Part shown: piece after piece, positions 19,075 to 28,083 of the stretch
Layout: the number at the start of each line of letters is the position of its first letter
Position numbering within the stretch: position 1 is the stretch's first letter
Source of the DNA: Oscillospiraceae bacterium
Lineage (GTDB): Bacteria > Bacillota > Clostridia > Lachnospirales > Lachnospiraceae
Length of the DNA: 64,000 nt
Direction of reading: 5' to 3'
NCBI GenBank assembly: GCA_963617415.1
Contig: CAVEOK010000007.1
Span: 11,692 to 75,691, forward strand
Program-made: the position numbers and the translations under genes
The notes under the pieces: model-generated
Databases searched by the model: none
Told to the model about the DNA's origin: nothing
The model's input: the letters and a program-made list of their open reading frames with translations, nothing else

Positions 19075-21093
19075 ATGAAATATGAAAGACTGTTTCAGCC
19101 CATTCGTATCAGAGGCATGGAACTTCAAAACCGCATTATGATGCCGGCGATGCACCATCTTTATACCGAGAATGGGCATTGTACCCAGCGTTTTACAGAA
19201 TATTACAAGAGAAGAGCAGAGGGTGGAGCCGGTTTGATCGTGGTTGGCTCCTGCCGCTTTGATGAATATGGTGCTAAGGACAATTCCATGTCCCTGGCGG
19301 ATGAGTCTACAGTGGAGGGCTGGCAGGCGTTTATGCAGGAGATGCATAAGACAGAATGCAAGGTGGCTGTTCAGCTTTATCATGCAGGCCGCTATATGCC
19401 GGAGAGGGATGTTCCCTGCGGAAAGCCGGCCTTATCTCCTTCCGCGACCTTTTGTCCCTATACAAGAGAAACGGCACCGTCAATGAGCCATGAGCAGATC
19501 AAGGAAGTAATTGTTAAATATGCCGAGGGAGCAGAAAGAGCAAAAAGAGCCGGCTTTGATGCAGTTGAGATTGGCTGTAATTCCGGTTACCTTCTGAATC
19601 AGTTCCTCTCACCGATCACCAATCTGAGAGAGGATGAATATGGCGGAAGCTGGGAGAACAGAGTGCGTATGCCTCTGGAGGTGATTCGTGCCGTAAGAGA
19701 AGCGGTCGGAGACTATCCCATCATCCTTCGCCTGGGTGGAAATGATCTGGTACCGGAGTCCTGTACCAATGCAGAAATTTCTGATTTTGCAGCACTGGCA
19801 GAAAAAGCAGGAGTAGATCTTTTTAACGTAACGGGAGGCTGGCATCAGAGCCGGGTGCCTCAGATCACGGGAGATCTTCCGGCAGGCGGCTTTTCCTATC
19901 TGGCAGAAGGCATCAAGGCCAAGGTTTCTGTACCGGTATCTGCTTCGAATCGTGTGAATGATCCTTTGCTTGCAGAGAAGATTCTGGCTATGGAGCAGGC
20001 AGATATGGTTGCCATGGGAAGAGCCCTGCTTGCAGATCCGGAACTCCCAAAGAAAGCAAAGAGCGGAAGAAGAGCCCAGATCAGACCCTGTATGGGCTGC
20101 AACCAGGGATGCCTTGCCAATACCTTTTTTGACCGTCCGATTGAATGTCTGGTCAATCCCATATGCGGCAGGGAACTTAGCATTCTGGAAGAGAAAGTCA
20201 GGGAGAGAAAGAAAATCCTGGTCATTGGCGGAGGTCCGGCAGGTATGGAATGTGCCTATCGTGCGGCGAAAAGAGGGCATGCAGTTGTCTTAAGGGAAAA
20301 GGCCGACCGTCTGGGCGGACAGCTCCTTCTGGCAGCCAAAACGACAGCACATCAGGATTTCGAAAGACTGATCGCTTATTATGAGCTTGCACTTGATCTG
20401 GCAGGAGTAGATGTAGAACTGTCATGTGAGGATGCTTTGGAGAATGCGGGAGACTTTGATCAGATCGTTCTTGCAATCGGAGGAAAGGGAGCAGATTTCC
20501 GGATTTCGTCAGACGACAGCGTCCAGTTTATGACGGTGGAGGAGATGCTGACAGAAGAAAAAATTCCCGGCAAGGATGTTGTTATTGTTGGGGCAAGCTT
20601 TGTAACGGCATCTGCGGCAGAGACCCTGGCCAGACGAAGCTCTATTTCGGAAGAGCAGCTCTACCACCTGTCCGCATTTGAGGCAGAAACACCGGAAAAG
20701 ATCAGGACACTGTTAAATTCCAGCTCCAGAAGAATTACGATCGTTGATCGTTTGAAGAAGATCGGCATTGGCTTTGAGTCCGGCGTAGGCTGGCCCTGCA
20801 TGTCAGAGCTGGGAAGACTCCATGTGAAGAAGCTGCCGAGAACAGAAATCAAGAAGATTGAAAATGGCATGGTATTTGCCCTTTCTGAGGACAGAGAAGG
20901 AAAGCAGACAGAGCTTCAGATTAAATGCGACAGCCTGATCTTCAGCCCGGGTGCCCATCCCCAGCCGGAGTATGCTGCACTTGTAAAGAATGCCTGTCCA
21001 AAGGCAGAGATCTTCGAGCTGGGCAATTGCAAGAAAACAGGGAAGGCGATCGATGCGATCAGAGAGGGCTGTATCTTAGGCTGCAGCCTATAA
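19075..21093 (+). CDS. OYE-type NADH:flavin oxidoreductase fused to an FAD/NAD(P)-binding domain (2,4-dienoyl-CoA reductase / 2-enoate reductase / BaiH-like)
   Basis: N-terminal TIM-barrel OYE motifs (QLYHAGR, GFDAVEI), a CMGCNQGC Fe-S motif, then a VIGGGPAGMECA Rossmann fold. Confidence 0.85.
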   Translation: MKYERLFQPIRIRGMELQNRIMMPAMHHLYTENGHCTQRFTEYYKRRAEGGAGLIVVGSCRFDEYGAKDNSMSLADESTVEGWQAFMQEMHKTECKVAVQLYHAGRYMPERDVPCGKPALSPSATFCPYTRETAPSMSHEQIKEVIVKYAEGAERAKRAGFDAVEIGCNSGYLLNQFLSPITNLREDEYGGSWENRVRMPLEVIRAVREAVGDYPIILRLGGNDLVPESCTNAEISDFAALAEKAGVDLFNVTGGWHQSRVPQITGDLPAGGFSYLAEGIKAKVSVPVSASNRVNDPLLAEKILAMEQADMVAMGRALLADPELPKKAKSGRRAQIRPCMGCNQGCLANTFFDRPIECLVNPICGRELSILEEKVRERKKILVIGGGPAGMECAYRAAKRGHAVVLREKADRLGGQLLLAAKTTAHQDFERLIAYYELALDLAGVDVELSCEDALENAGDFDQIVLAIGGKGADFRISSDDSVQFMTVEEMLTEEKIPGKDVVIVGASFVTASAAETLARRSSISEEQLYHLSAFEAETPEKIRTLLNSSSRRITIVDRLKKIGIGFESGVGWPCMSELGRLHVKKLPRTEIKKIENGMVFALSEDREGKQTELQIKCDSLIFSPGAHPQPEYAALVKNACPKAEIFELGNCKKTGKAIDAIREGCILGCSL

Positions 21094-21119
21094 AATAGGG
21101 AAAAAGAAGGAGAGAGATT

Positions 21120-22163
21120 ATGGATTCCATGGATATGAATTTCTTAAGAAAGCTGCCGACACCGGCAGAGGTGAAGGCACAGTATCCGGTCACCGGAAAA
21201 ATCGAAAGGATCAAGGAAGAAAGAGATGAGGTCATCAGAAAAATCTTTACCGGAGAGGATAAGAGACTTTTGATGATCATCGGTCCCTGTTCGGCGGACA
21301 ATGAGGATGCCGTGCTGGATTATATGACCAGACTGAGAAAGGTGGCAGACAGGATTGAGGACAGGATTTTTATTGTTCCGAGAATCTATACCAACAAGCC
21401 CCGTACGGTAGGCAAGGGCTATAAGGGCATGCTCCATCAGCCGGATCCGGAGAAGGGAACGGATATGCTCAAGGGAATCCTTTCTATCCGTCATATGCAT
21501 GCAAGAGCGATCGAGGAGACCGAATTTACCTGTGCGGATGAGATGCTTTATCCGGAAAACCACAGATATTTATCGGATCTGCTTTCCTATGTTGCAGTGG
21601 GAGCCAGATCCTCTGAGGACCAGCAGCACAGACTGACGGCCAGTGGCGTTGGCATTCCGGTGGGCATGAAAAACCCGACAGGAGGAGATCTTTCTGTAAT
21701 GATGAATTCCATTGTTGCGGCACAGGCAGCGACGACCTTCCTCTACAGAGGATGGGAGGTACAGACCCCGGGTAATCCTCTGACTCATGCCATTTTGCGC
21801 GGCTATGTAGATAATTTCGGCAGAAATATTCCTAACTACCATTATGAGGATCTGAAAGCAGTTTCTGAGCTTTATGGAGAAAGAGAGCTGGCCAATCCGG
21901 GCGTAATTGTTGACTGCAACCATTCCAATTCCGGAAAACGTTTTATGGAGCAGATTCGGATCAGTCAGGATGTGATTCACAGCTGCCGTGTTTCCGAGGA
22001 TATTCGGGGACTGGTAAAGGGCCTTATGATCGAGAGCTATATCGAGGACGGCAACCAGAGCGAGCATGAGCATGTTTATGGAAAATCCATTACCGATCCC
22101 TGCCTGGGCTGGGAGAAGACAGAACGTCTTTTGTATGAGCTGGCGGATCAGTGGACGATTTAG
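21120..22163 (+). CDS. 3-deoxy-7-phosphoheptulonate (DAHP) synthase, class I
   Basis: LPTPAEVKAQYP, LMIIGPCS, KPRT and DCNHSNS motifs. Confidence 0.9.
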   Translation: MDSMDMNFLRKLPTPAEVKAQYPVTGKIERIKEERDEVIRKIFTGEDKRLLMIIGPCSADNEDAVLDYMTRLRKVADRIEDRIFIVPRIYTNKPRTVGKGYKGMLHQPDPEKGTDMLKGILSIRHMHARAIEETEFTCADEMLYPENHRYLSDLLSYVAVGARSSEDQQHRLTASGVGIPVGMKNPTGGDLSVMMNSIVAAQAATTFLYRGWEVQTPGNPLTHAILRGYVDNFGRNIPNYHYEDLKAVSELYGERELANPGVIVDCNHSNSGKRFMEQIRISQDVIHSCRVSEDIRGLVKGLMIESYIEDGNQSEHEHVYGKSITDPCLGWEKTERLLYELADQWTI

Positions 22164-22177
22164 GATAAGAGAAGAAA

Positions 22178-22834
22178 ATGCTTTACGATAAGGATATCAG
22201 AGAACCGCTTTTTGATTATCTGGAGGAACGTTACGGGAAGGTCCGGATCCTGCAGGAAAAGAGAACAGGCCGCTCCAGAGCGGATGTGATCATGGTAACA
22301 GAGCAGGGTCTTTATGGGCTGGAAATAAAAAGTGATGCGGATACCTATACCCGCCTGGAATCTCAGGTGGCAGATTATGACCGCTATTTTGATTATAATT
22401 TTGTGGTAGCCGGTTCCAGACATGGACAGCATGTCGAAGAGCATGTGCCGCCGCACTGGGGAATCATTACGGTAGAAGAGAGCGGGGAGAAAAAAGAGGC
22501 GGATTTTTATCTTCTCCGGGATGCAAAGCCCAATCCTAATCTGGATATTTATGAAAAGATCACGATTCTCTGGAGACCGGAGGTCGCCCGTATTCAGGAG
22601 AAAAACGGTCTTTACAAATATGCCGGCAAGAGCAAGCGCTATGTGATGGATTATGTGATCGAAGCTTTGCCGGAGGAGGTCCTTTGGCCTCAGGTTTACG
22701 AGGAGCTGTTTGAAAGAGATTATACGGCAATCCGGGAGCAGATCAACGCCTACAGGGCTGAGCACGGCCAGAAAGCAAGGCGAAGAAGAAAATACCGCAG
22801 AAGGAAAAGTGGAAAAGGAAGAAGGGAGACTTAA
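22178..22834 (+). CDS. PD-(D/E)xK-like protein resembling the family annotated as sce7726
   Basis: N-terminus MLYDKDIREPLFDYLEERYGKVRILQEKRTGRSRADVIMV...GLEIKSD, giving a D...E-x-K nuclease-like core. The C-terminal tail is strongly basic (RRRRKYRRRKSGKGRR). Confidence 0.55.
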   Translation: MLYDKDIREPLFDYLEERYGKVRILQEKRTGRSRADVIMVTEQGLYGLEIKSDADTYTRLESQVADYDRYFDYNFVVAGSRHGQHVEEHVPPHWGIITVEESGEKKEADFYLLRDAKPNPNLDIYEKITILWRPEVARIQEKNGLYKYAGKSKRYVMDYVIEALPEEVLWPQVYEELFERDYTAIREQINAYRAEHGQKARRRRKYRRRKSGKGRRET

Positions 22835-22838
22835 AGTT

Positions 22839-23162
22839 ATGATGAAGCATGTATCTGTTTTTAAGCTGAAAGAGGAGTACAGAAAAGAGGAGCTGATCGA
22901 GGAGATTGCAGCGCATCTGAAGAAAATTCCGGAGGATGTACCAGAGATCATATCAAGTGAAATCGGGGTAAAGCCTTTTCCTATGCCGACAGCAAGCCCG
23001 GACGGACATGTAGAATTTTATGATCTGATCCAGATCATCGGCTTTGAAGATGAAAAGGGCAGCATGGCCTATCCGGCAAGCAAGGGACATCAGGATTTTC
23101 TTGCTTGGTCTTCGGACTATTTTGAAAAGGTGATCGGGATTGATTATCCTTTGGGAGAATAA
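22839..23162 (+). CDS. Dabb (stress-responsive alpha/beta barrel) family protein
   Basis: MMKHVSVFKLK start and HQDF motif, ~107 aa. The ATG at 22839 comes right after the upstream stop. Confidence 0.7.
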   Translation: MMKHVSVFKLKEEYRKEELIEEIAAHLKKIPEDVPEIISSEIGVKPFPMPTASPDGHVEFYDLIQIIGFEDEKGSMAYPASKGHQDFLAWSSDYFEKVIGIDYPLGE

Positions 23163-23210
23163 AAGGCTTGAGATAAAAGGATAAAAAAGAATACATAAAG
23201 AAGAATGAAT

Positions 23211-23292
23211 AAAGGCGGGAGCTTCTGCCCAAAATCAAAAACCCTTAGAAAGTGTGTTTTTGATCTGGCAGAAGCTCCCGCCTTTTGTTTTT
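23211..23292. terminator. long palindromic bidirectional terminator (copy 1 of a repeat family)
   Basis: Outer arms GGCGGGAGCTTCTGCC / GGCAGAAGCTCCCGCC. Inner arms ATCAAAAAC / GTTTTTGAT. Flanked by an A-run and a T-run. It lies between convergent Dabb and tyrS genes. Confidence 0.7.
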
Positions 23293-23309
23293 ATGTAAGG
23301 ATGCCTTCC

Positions 23310-24533
23310 TTATTCAACAGTTACCTTGTGGTAAACCTTCTTACCCTTCTTGATCACAATGCCGGCCTTAACCGCATCCAGTGTTACAACTGCATTTGGA
23401 TCGGTTACCTTTTCATCATCAAGGGCGACACCATTCTGCTGCATGAGGCGGCGGCCTTCGCTGTTGGTCTTGATCAGTCCGCATTTGGACAGCATATCAA
23501 TCACACGGATAGAGTCGTCTGTGAAATCTGCCTCACTCAGAGTGGTGGAAGGCATATTTGCGGCATCCATATTACCGGAGAAGAGGGAAGAAGCTGTATC
23601 TTGAGCCTTCTTTGCTTCATCCTCTCCGTGTACCATGCTGGTAAGCTCGTAAGCCAGAATCTTCTTGGCCTCGTTCAGCTGGGAGCCTTCCCACTTATCC
23701 ATCTCGTCGATCTGCTCGAGAGGAAGGAAGGTCATCATACGCAGGAATTTCAGGACATCTGCGTCATCTACATTTCTCCAGTACTGGTAGAAATCATAGG
23801 GGCTTGTCTTGTCCGGATCAAGCCATACGGCACCGCCGGCTGTCTTGCCCATCTTGGTACCATCATGCTTCAGCAGAAGATTGATGGTCATAGCACCTGC
23901 ATCCTTGCCCAGTTTCTTGCGGATCAGTTCGGTACCGGCCAGCATATTGGACCACTGGTCGTCACCGCCGAACTCGAGGTTGCAGCCGTAATCCTGGTAG
24001 AGCTTGAGGAAATCATAGCCCTGCATCAGCATATAGGAAAATTCAAGGAAGGAAAGTCCTTTTTCCATGCGGTTGACATAAGCGCGGGCTCTGAGCATTT
24101 CATTTACAGAAAAGTGAGCGCCGATATCCCGCATAAAATCAAGGAAGTTCAAATCCCTGAGCCAGTCTGCATTATTTACGATCTGAGCCTTTCCTTCACC
24201 GAATTCGATAAAGCGGCTCATCTGTTTTTTGAAGCATTCTACATTATGATCAATGGTTTCAACAGTCATCATGGAGCGCATGTCGCTTCTTCCGGACGGA
24301 TCACCAATCATTGCGGTACCGCCGCCGACAAGAGCAATCGGGCGGTTGCCTGCCATCTGAAGACGCTTCATCAAGGTCAAAGCCATAAAATGACCGACAT
24401 GAAGAGAATCTGCGGTCGGATCAAAGCCGATATAAAAGGTTGCCTTTCCGTTATTAACAAGGTCGCTGATCAGCTCTTCGTCTGTTACCTGTGCGATCAG
24501 GCCTCTTGCCTTCAGTTCTTCGTAAATTCCCAT
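23310..24533 (-). CDS. tyrS: tyrosine--tRNA ligase
   Basis: HVGH (as LHVGHF) and KMGKT class-I signatures. C-terminal S4-like domain. Confidence 0.95.
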   Translation of the reverse strand: MGIYEELKARGLIAQVTDEELISDLVNNGKATFYIGFDPTADSLHVGHFMALTLMKRLQMAGNRPIALVGGGTAMIGDPSGRSDMRSMMTVETIDHNVECFKKQMSRFIEFGEGKAQIVNNADWLRDLNFLDFMRDIGAHFSVNEMLRARAYVNRMEKGLSFLEFSYMLMQGYDFLKLYQDYGCNLEFGGDDQWSNMLAGTELIRKKLGKDAGAMTINLLLKHDGTKMGKTAGGAVWLDPDKTSPYDFYQYWRNVDDADVLKFLRMMTFLPLEQIDEMDKWEGSQLNEAKKILAYELTSMVHGEDEAKKAQDTASSLFSGNMDAANMPSTTLSEADFTDDSIRVIDMLSKCGLIKTNSEGRRLMQQNGVALDDEKVTDPNAVVTLDAVKAGIVIKKGKKVYHKVTVE

Positions 24534-24585
24534 TTTAAAAATCCTCCTCTTATTTTGGGACAGTACCCTCCCAAAAAGCCCTAAA

Positions 24586-24615
24586 ATTATAGCATGCAGC
24601 AGACTTTCCGGTCAA
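24586..24615 (-). promoter_or_regulatory. candidate proximal tyrS promoter (P2)
   Basis: On the minus strand: TTGACC (24615-24610), an 18-nt spacer, then TATAAT (24591-24586). Confidence 0.5.
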
Positions 24616-24645
24616 GAAATCTGGGGCCTTTGCCTCTCTTTTGCG

Positions 24646-24761
24646 AAAAAAAGCACCAGATAAGGATATTGCATCTTATCTGGTGCTGAAATTCAGTCCC
24701 ATCCGGCTACATAAAGTGCCTTGCCCGGCAGCATATGGCTGCCAACCGATGTCTTAAATTG
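24646..24761 (-). ncRNA. candidate ~115-nt small RNA or terminated leader upstream of tyrS
   Basis: On the minus strand: TTGCAT (24796-24791), 17 nt, then TGgTACAAT (-10 at 24773-24768). A GGCAGC-CATAT-GCTGCC hairpin follows. The terminator is AGCACCAGATAAG-ATGCAATATC-CTTATCTGGTGCT plus T7, ending near 24646. Confidence 0.4.
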
Positions 24762-24912
24762 TTACCGATTGTACCATCTTATGAGGGATTATGCAAGGCA
24801 AGAAAAAATGAATCAGAAAATGCGAGAAAGGTATAGGCCTGCTGAGAAGACATAGTGTATAATCTTTTTTGTGCAATTAGTGGAAAGGAGAGAATGCTCC
24901 TAAGGATATTTT

Positions 24913-25581
24913 ATGAATACAATGAAGAATTATCAGGCAATTTTAATCGATCTGGACGGAACTGTTATTGATTCTGGTCCGGGCATCATGGAATCCGTTC
25001 AATATGCGTTAAATAAGATGGGCTATGGCCCTGCTGATCCGGAGACACTGCGTAAATTTGTAGGGCCATCCCTGATGGACTCCTTTACCCATCTCTATGG
25101 GATGAGCAGGGAGGATGCGGAGCAGGCAACAGCCTATTACCGGGAGGTTTATTCCACGGGAAATATGTTCCATTTTGACCTTTATGAGGGAATAGAGGAC
25201 TGTCTGAAGGCCTTGCATGAGGCAGGGAAAAGATTGATCTTGGTGACCTCGAAGCCGCATGTTTATGCGGAACGTATCCTGGAAAAGAGCAAAATGGACC
25301 GCTATTTTGAATATCAGACAGGACCGGAGCTAAGTGATGCCAGCTCCCAGAAGGTAAGGCTGATCGAGAAGGCAATTTCGGAATGCGGATTAAAAAAAGA
25401 AGAGACGATTATGGTTGGGGATACCCATTTTGATATTGATGGAGCGGTTCAGGCCGGAATCGATTCGGTAGGCGTTACCTATGGCTATGGCAGAGGCGAA
25501 GAGCTGGCAGAGGCAGGAGCAAGCTATCTGGTAGATTCGCCGGAGGCGCTTAGCGAACTGCTGAGAAAAGCGACACGGTAA
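24913..25581 (+). CDS. HAD-superfamily hydrolase (phosphoglycolate-phosphatase-like)
   Basis: LIDLDGTVIDS motif I, VTSK motif II, and GDTHFDIDGA motif IV. Confidence 0.8.
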   Translation: MNTMKNYQAILIDLDGTVIDSGPGIMESVQYALNKMGYGPADPETLRKFVGPSLMDSFTHLYGMSREDAEQATAYYREVYSTGNMFHFDLYEGIEDCLKALHEAGKRLILVTSKPHVYAERILEKSKMDRYFEYQTGPELSDASSQKVRLIEKAISECGLKKEETIMVGDTHFDIDGAVQAGIDSVGVTYGYGRGEELAEAGASYLVDSPEALSELLRKATR

Positions 25582-25613
25582 ATATATAAGTGAATAAGAA
25601 GGGCAGGAGAAAA

Positions 25614-25898
25614 ATGGCAGAAGAAAGAGAAGAGGATATCCTCATTAAGATGAATCTGGAAGATGGGAGAGCGGTGGATTGTGAGATCATCGTGATCTTT
25701 GAAGCAAACGGAAAGGAATATTTTGCTTTGGAGCCCCAGAGTGATTACTTTGATGAGGGCACGGTCTGGATCTATGAAAATGCAAATCCGGACTGGGTGG
25801 AAGAGGATGACATTGAACTGATCGTTCCGGAGGATGATGAGGAATATGTCAATGCAGTCAATGCCTTCTATGAATGGGCGGATGAATACGAAGAATAA
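25614..25898 (+). CDS. DUF1292 domain protein (second copy)
   Basis: LEDGRAVDCEIIVIFEANGKEYFALEP pattern with an acidic tail. The ATG at 25614 is preceded by GGCAGGAG. Confidence 0.7.
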   Translation: MAEEREEDILIKMNLEDGRAVDCEIIVIFEANGKEYFALEPQSDYFDEGTVWIYENANPDWVEEDDIELIVPEDDEEYVNAVNAFYEWADEYEE

Positions 25899-25916
25899 AG
25901 CAAGGGAGGCTTCCCT

Positions 25917-26882
25917 ATGGTAAAAGAGTTCACGCAGGCAATGCGGAAGGAAATCGGAAAGATTTATATCGGTAAGGAAAAGCAGATCGGTCTGATGCTG
26001 GCATCGATTCTATGTGGAGGACATGTTCTGCTGGACGATCTGCCGGGAAGCGGAAAGACCACTCTGGTAAAAACGATGTCAAAGGCGCTTGGCTGTGACT
26101 ATCACCGAATTCAGTTTACGCCGGATCTTTTGCCTTCTGATGTCATTGGCAATACTGTTTTTGATCAGAGAACTGCCTCCTTCCGTCAGATCAGGGGACC
26201 GGTTTTTACCAATATTCTTCTGGCGGATGAAATCAACCGGGCAATTCCCAGAACCCAGTCCGCTCTGTTGGAGGCGATGGAGGAGGGACAGGTAACGATC
26301 GATGATCAGTGTCTGAAGCTGCCCCAGCCTTTTTTGGTTCTGGCAACCCAAAATCCGGTGGAGCAGGAAAGTACCTTTGCCCTTCCGGCGGCTCAGCTGG
26401 ATCGTTTTATGATGAAACTGACATTGGGCTATCCAACAAAGGAAGAAGAAGAAAAAATGCTGGAGACCCTGGGAGAGGAAAGGAATTTTGACTGCATTGA
26501 GGCAGTCAGTTCTCCTGAGGAGCTGCTTTCCTTGAGAGAAGAGGTAAAGTCAGTTTATAGCAGTGAAGCGATCCGGTCTTACATTGTGGATCTGGTCCAG
26601 GCCACAAGAGAAAGAAAGAGCTTTGCAGCAGGGGCATCTCCCCGTTCCAGCCGAAGTCTTTATCAGGCATCAAAGGCATTGGCGGCAATGGATGGCAGAG
26701 ACTATGTCCTGCCGGAGGATGTCAGGAGCCTGGTGCTTCCTCTTATGTCCCATAGAGTCTTGCTTTCGGATGAGTCTTATTATGAAGGACGAAGCACGGA
26801 GGCAGAGCTGAAGGATATTGTGGACAGCATTCCGGTGCCGCCGTCAAAGGAAAAGATGATTCATGAAGCAGAAGGAAAGTAA
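25917..26882 (+). CDS. MoxR-family AAA+ ATPase
   Basis: Walker A GLPGSGKT, Walker B LLADEINR, and FLVLATQNP. Confidence 0.9.
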   Translation: MVKEFTQAMRKEIGKIYIGKEKQIGLMLASILCGGHVLLDDLPGSGKTTLVKTMSKALGCDYHRIQFTPDLLPSDVIGNTVFDQRTASFRQIRGPVFTNILLADEINRAIPRTQSALLEAMEEGQVTIDDQCLKLPQPFLVLATQNPVEQESTFALPAAQLDRFMMKLTLGYPTKEEEEKMLETLGEERNFDCIEAVSSPEELLSLREEVKSVYSSEAIRSYIVDLVQATRERKSFAAGASPRSSRSLYQASKALAAMDGRDYVLPEDVRSLVLPLMSHRVLLSDESYYEGRSTEAELKDIVDSIPVPPSKEKMIHEAEGK

Positions 26883-28083
26883 TTGGGCAACAAAAGGAGG
26901 CATTCTTATCCTGATCCTTTTGATTCCGGCGGCTTCTTATTTCCGGATGCCTTATCTCAGAATTTTTTTGATTCTCTTGCTTTTCCTTTGCCTTGCTTCC
27001 ATGCTTTGGGCAGGCAAAGCCCTGTCCGCTGTTGATGTATCGGTAGAAGGAAGAGGAAAAGCAGACAGAGCGGCCCTTTTCCCGGGAGGAAAAACGGAGC
27101 TGGAGATCAGGATGAAGAATCAGAGCCTTCTGCCTATTGTATGGCTGAAGCTTTTTCTTCCAAGCGGAGAAAAAAAGCTGCTGGCTTTTACAGACGGAGG
27201 AGAAGAGCAGGCCTTTGCCTGGATCATGCCCGGACAGGAGATTTCTTATCAGCAGGAAATTCAGGCGCTGCGAAGAGGTGTTTTTGCACCAGATAGGATA
27301 GAGATCAGCACAGGAGACGGATTTGGTTTAAAGGAAAGCAAAAGATCCTTTCAGCCAAAGAGCCTGCCGCGTATTGTGGTTTTTCCGCTGCTTTTTCCGG
27401 TTCAGCCCAGGCTGCTGATTCGTAAAATGAACGAATTGGAGGAGGCAAGAAGCGGTATTTACAAGGATCCGACCCTGATTCGGACAGTACGTGATTATGA
27501 ATTGCATGACAATGCAAAGGATATTAACTGGAGGCAGCTTGCAAGAGAAGGAAAGCTGAGTGTCAATGTCAGGGAAGAGGAGGACTATCGAAGGTTGAGT
27601 CTTTTTCTGGATCTGGAGAGCTTTGTTTATGAAGAGGAAAGCTTTGATGCAGACGGAACCCTGCGAAAGAAGAGGCTCCTTGAGGAAGAAGGAATGGAAA
27701 GGATGCTGTCTCTTGCAGGCTCTTTGATCAGAGCCTTTTCTGAAAAGGATATTCGCTGTAGCTTGGTGATTCCATCTTATGCAGAAAAAGAGAGTCGCCT
27801 TCTTTTGGCCGGAAAAAGAGAAAGAAGGGCAGATGCCATGCTTACGGCTCTGGCTGAAATAGACTATCGGGGAGAAGAAACAGAGCTTCCATTAAAAGAG
27901 CTGGCAGAAAAAAGGCATGCACTGGGGCCGGTCTTTTTTATCGCTGCAAAAGAAAGCTGTAGATCAGAAGCATTGAAGAAAGAGAAGAGACTTTCGCTCT
28001 ATTTCCTTTTGCGGGAGACAGAGGAAGAAAAACAGGATAGGAGAGAAATCGCCTGGAGGGAGGTGATCTGCCATGAATCGTAA
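26863..28083 (+). CDS. DUF58 domain protein
   Basis: N-terminal TM pair, then the DYELHDNAKDINWRQLAREGKL motif typical of DUF58. It overlaps the MoxR gene by 20 nt. Confidence 0.8.
   Translation: MKQKESNWATKGGILILILLIPAASYFRMPYLRIFLILLLFLCLASMLWAGKALSAVDVSVEGRGKADRAALFPGGKTELEIRMKNQSLLPIVWLKLFLPSGEKKLLAFTDGGEEQAFAWIMPGQEISYQQEIQALRRGVFAPDRIEISTGDGFGLKESKRSFQPKSLPRIVVFPLLFPVQPRLLIRKMNELEEARSGIYKDPTLIRTVRDYELHDNAKDINWRQLAREGKLSVNVREEEDYRRLSLFLDLESFVYEEESFDADGTLRKKRLLEEEGMERMLSLAGSLIRAFSEKDIRCSLVIPSYAEKESRLLLAGKRERRADAMLTALAEIDYRGEETELPLKELAEKRHALGPVFFIAAKESCRSEALKKEKRLSLYFLLRETEEEKQDRREIAWREVICHES

Noticed and set aside
23205-24584. Long ORFs antisense to real genes: 459 aa opposite tyrS, 496 aa at 57974-59464 opposite trkA, 320 aa at 49976-50938 opposite metY, 302 aa at 44816-45724 opposite ctfAB, and 263 aa at 22160-22951.
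   Set aside because: Each fully shadows a gene with unmistakable family motifs on the other strand. Their translations are low-complexity or Cys/His/Ile-rich with no recognisable domains and no RBS. They are typical shadow ORFs.
24534-24912. An expected T-box riboswitch upstream of tyrS.
   Set aside because: I read the whole minus-strand leader. It has no AGAGA box, no GGUG distal loop, no specifier-loop GAA-UAC-A layout and no GGGUGGNACCGCG motif. It is reported instead as an unclassified short RNA or leader.
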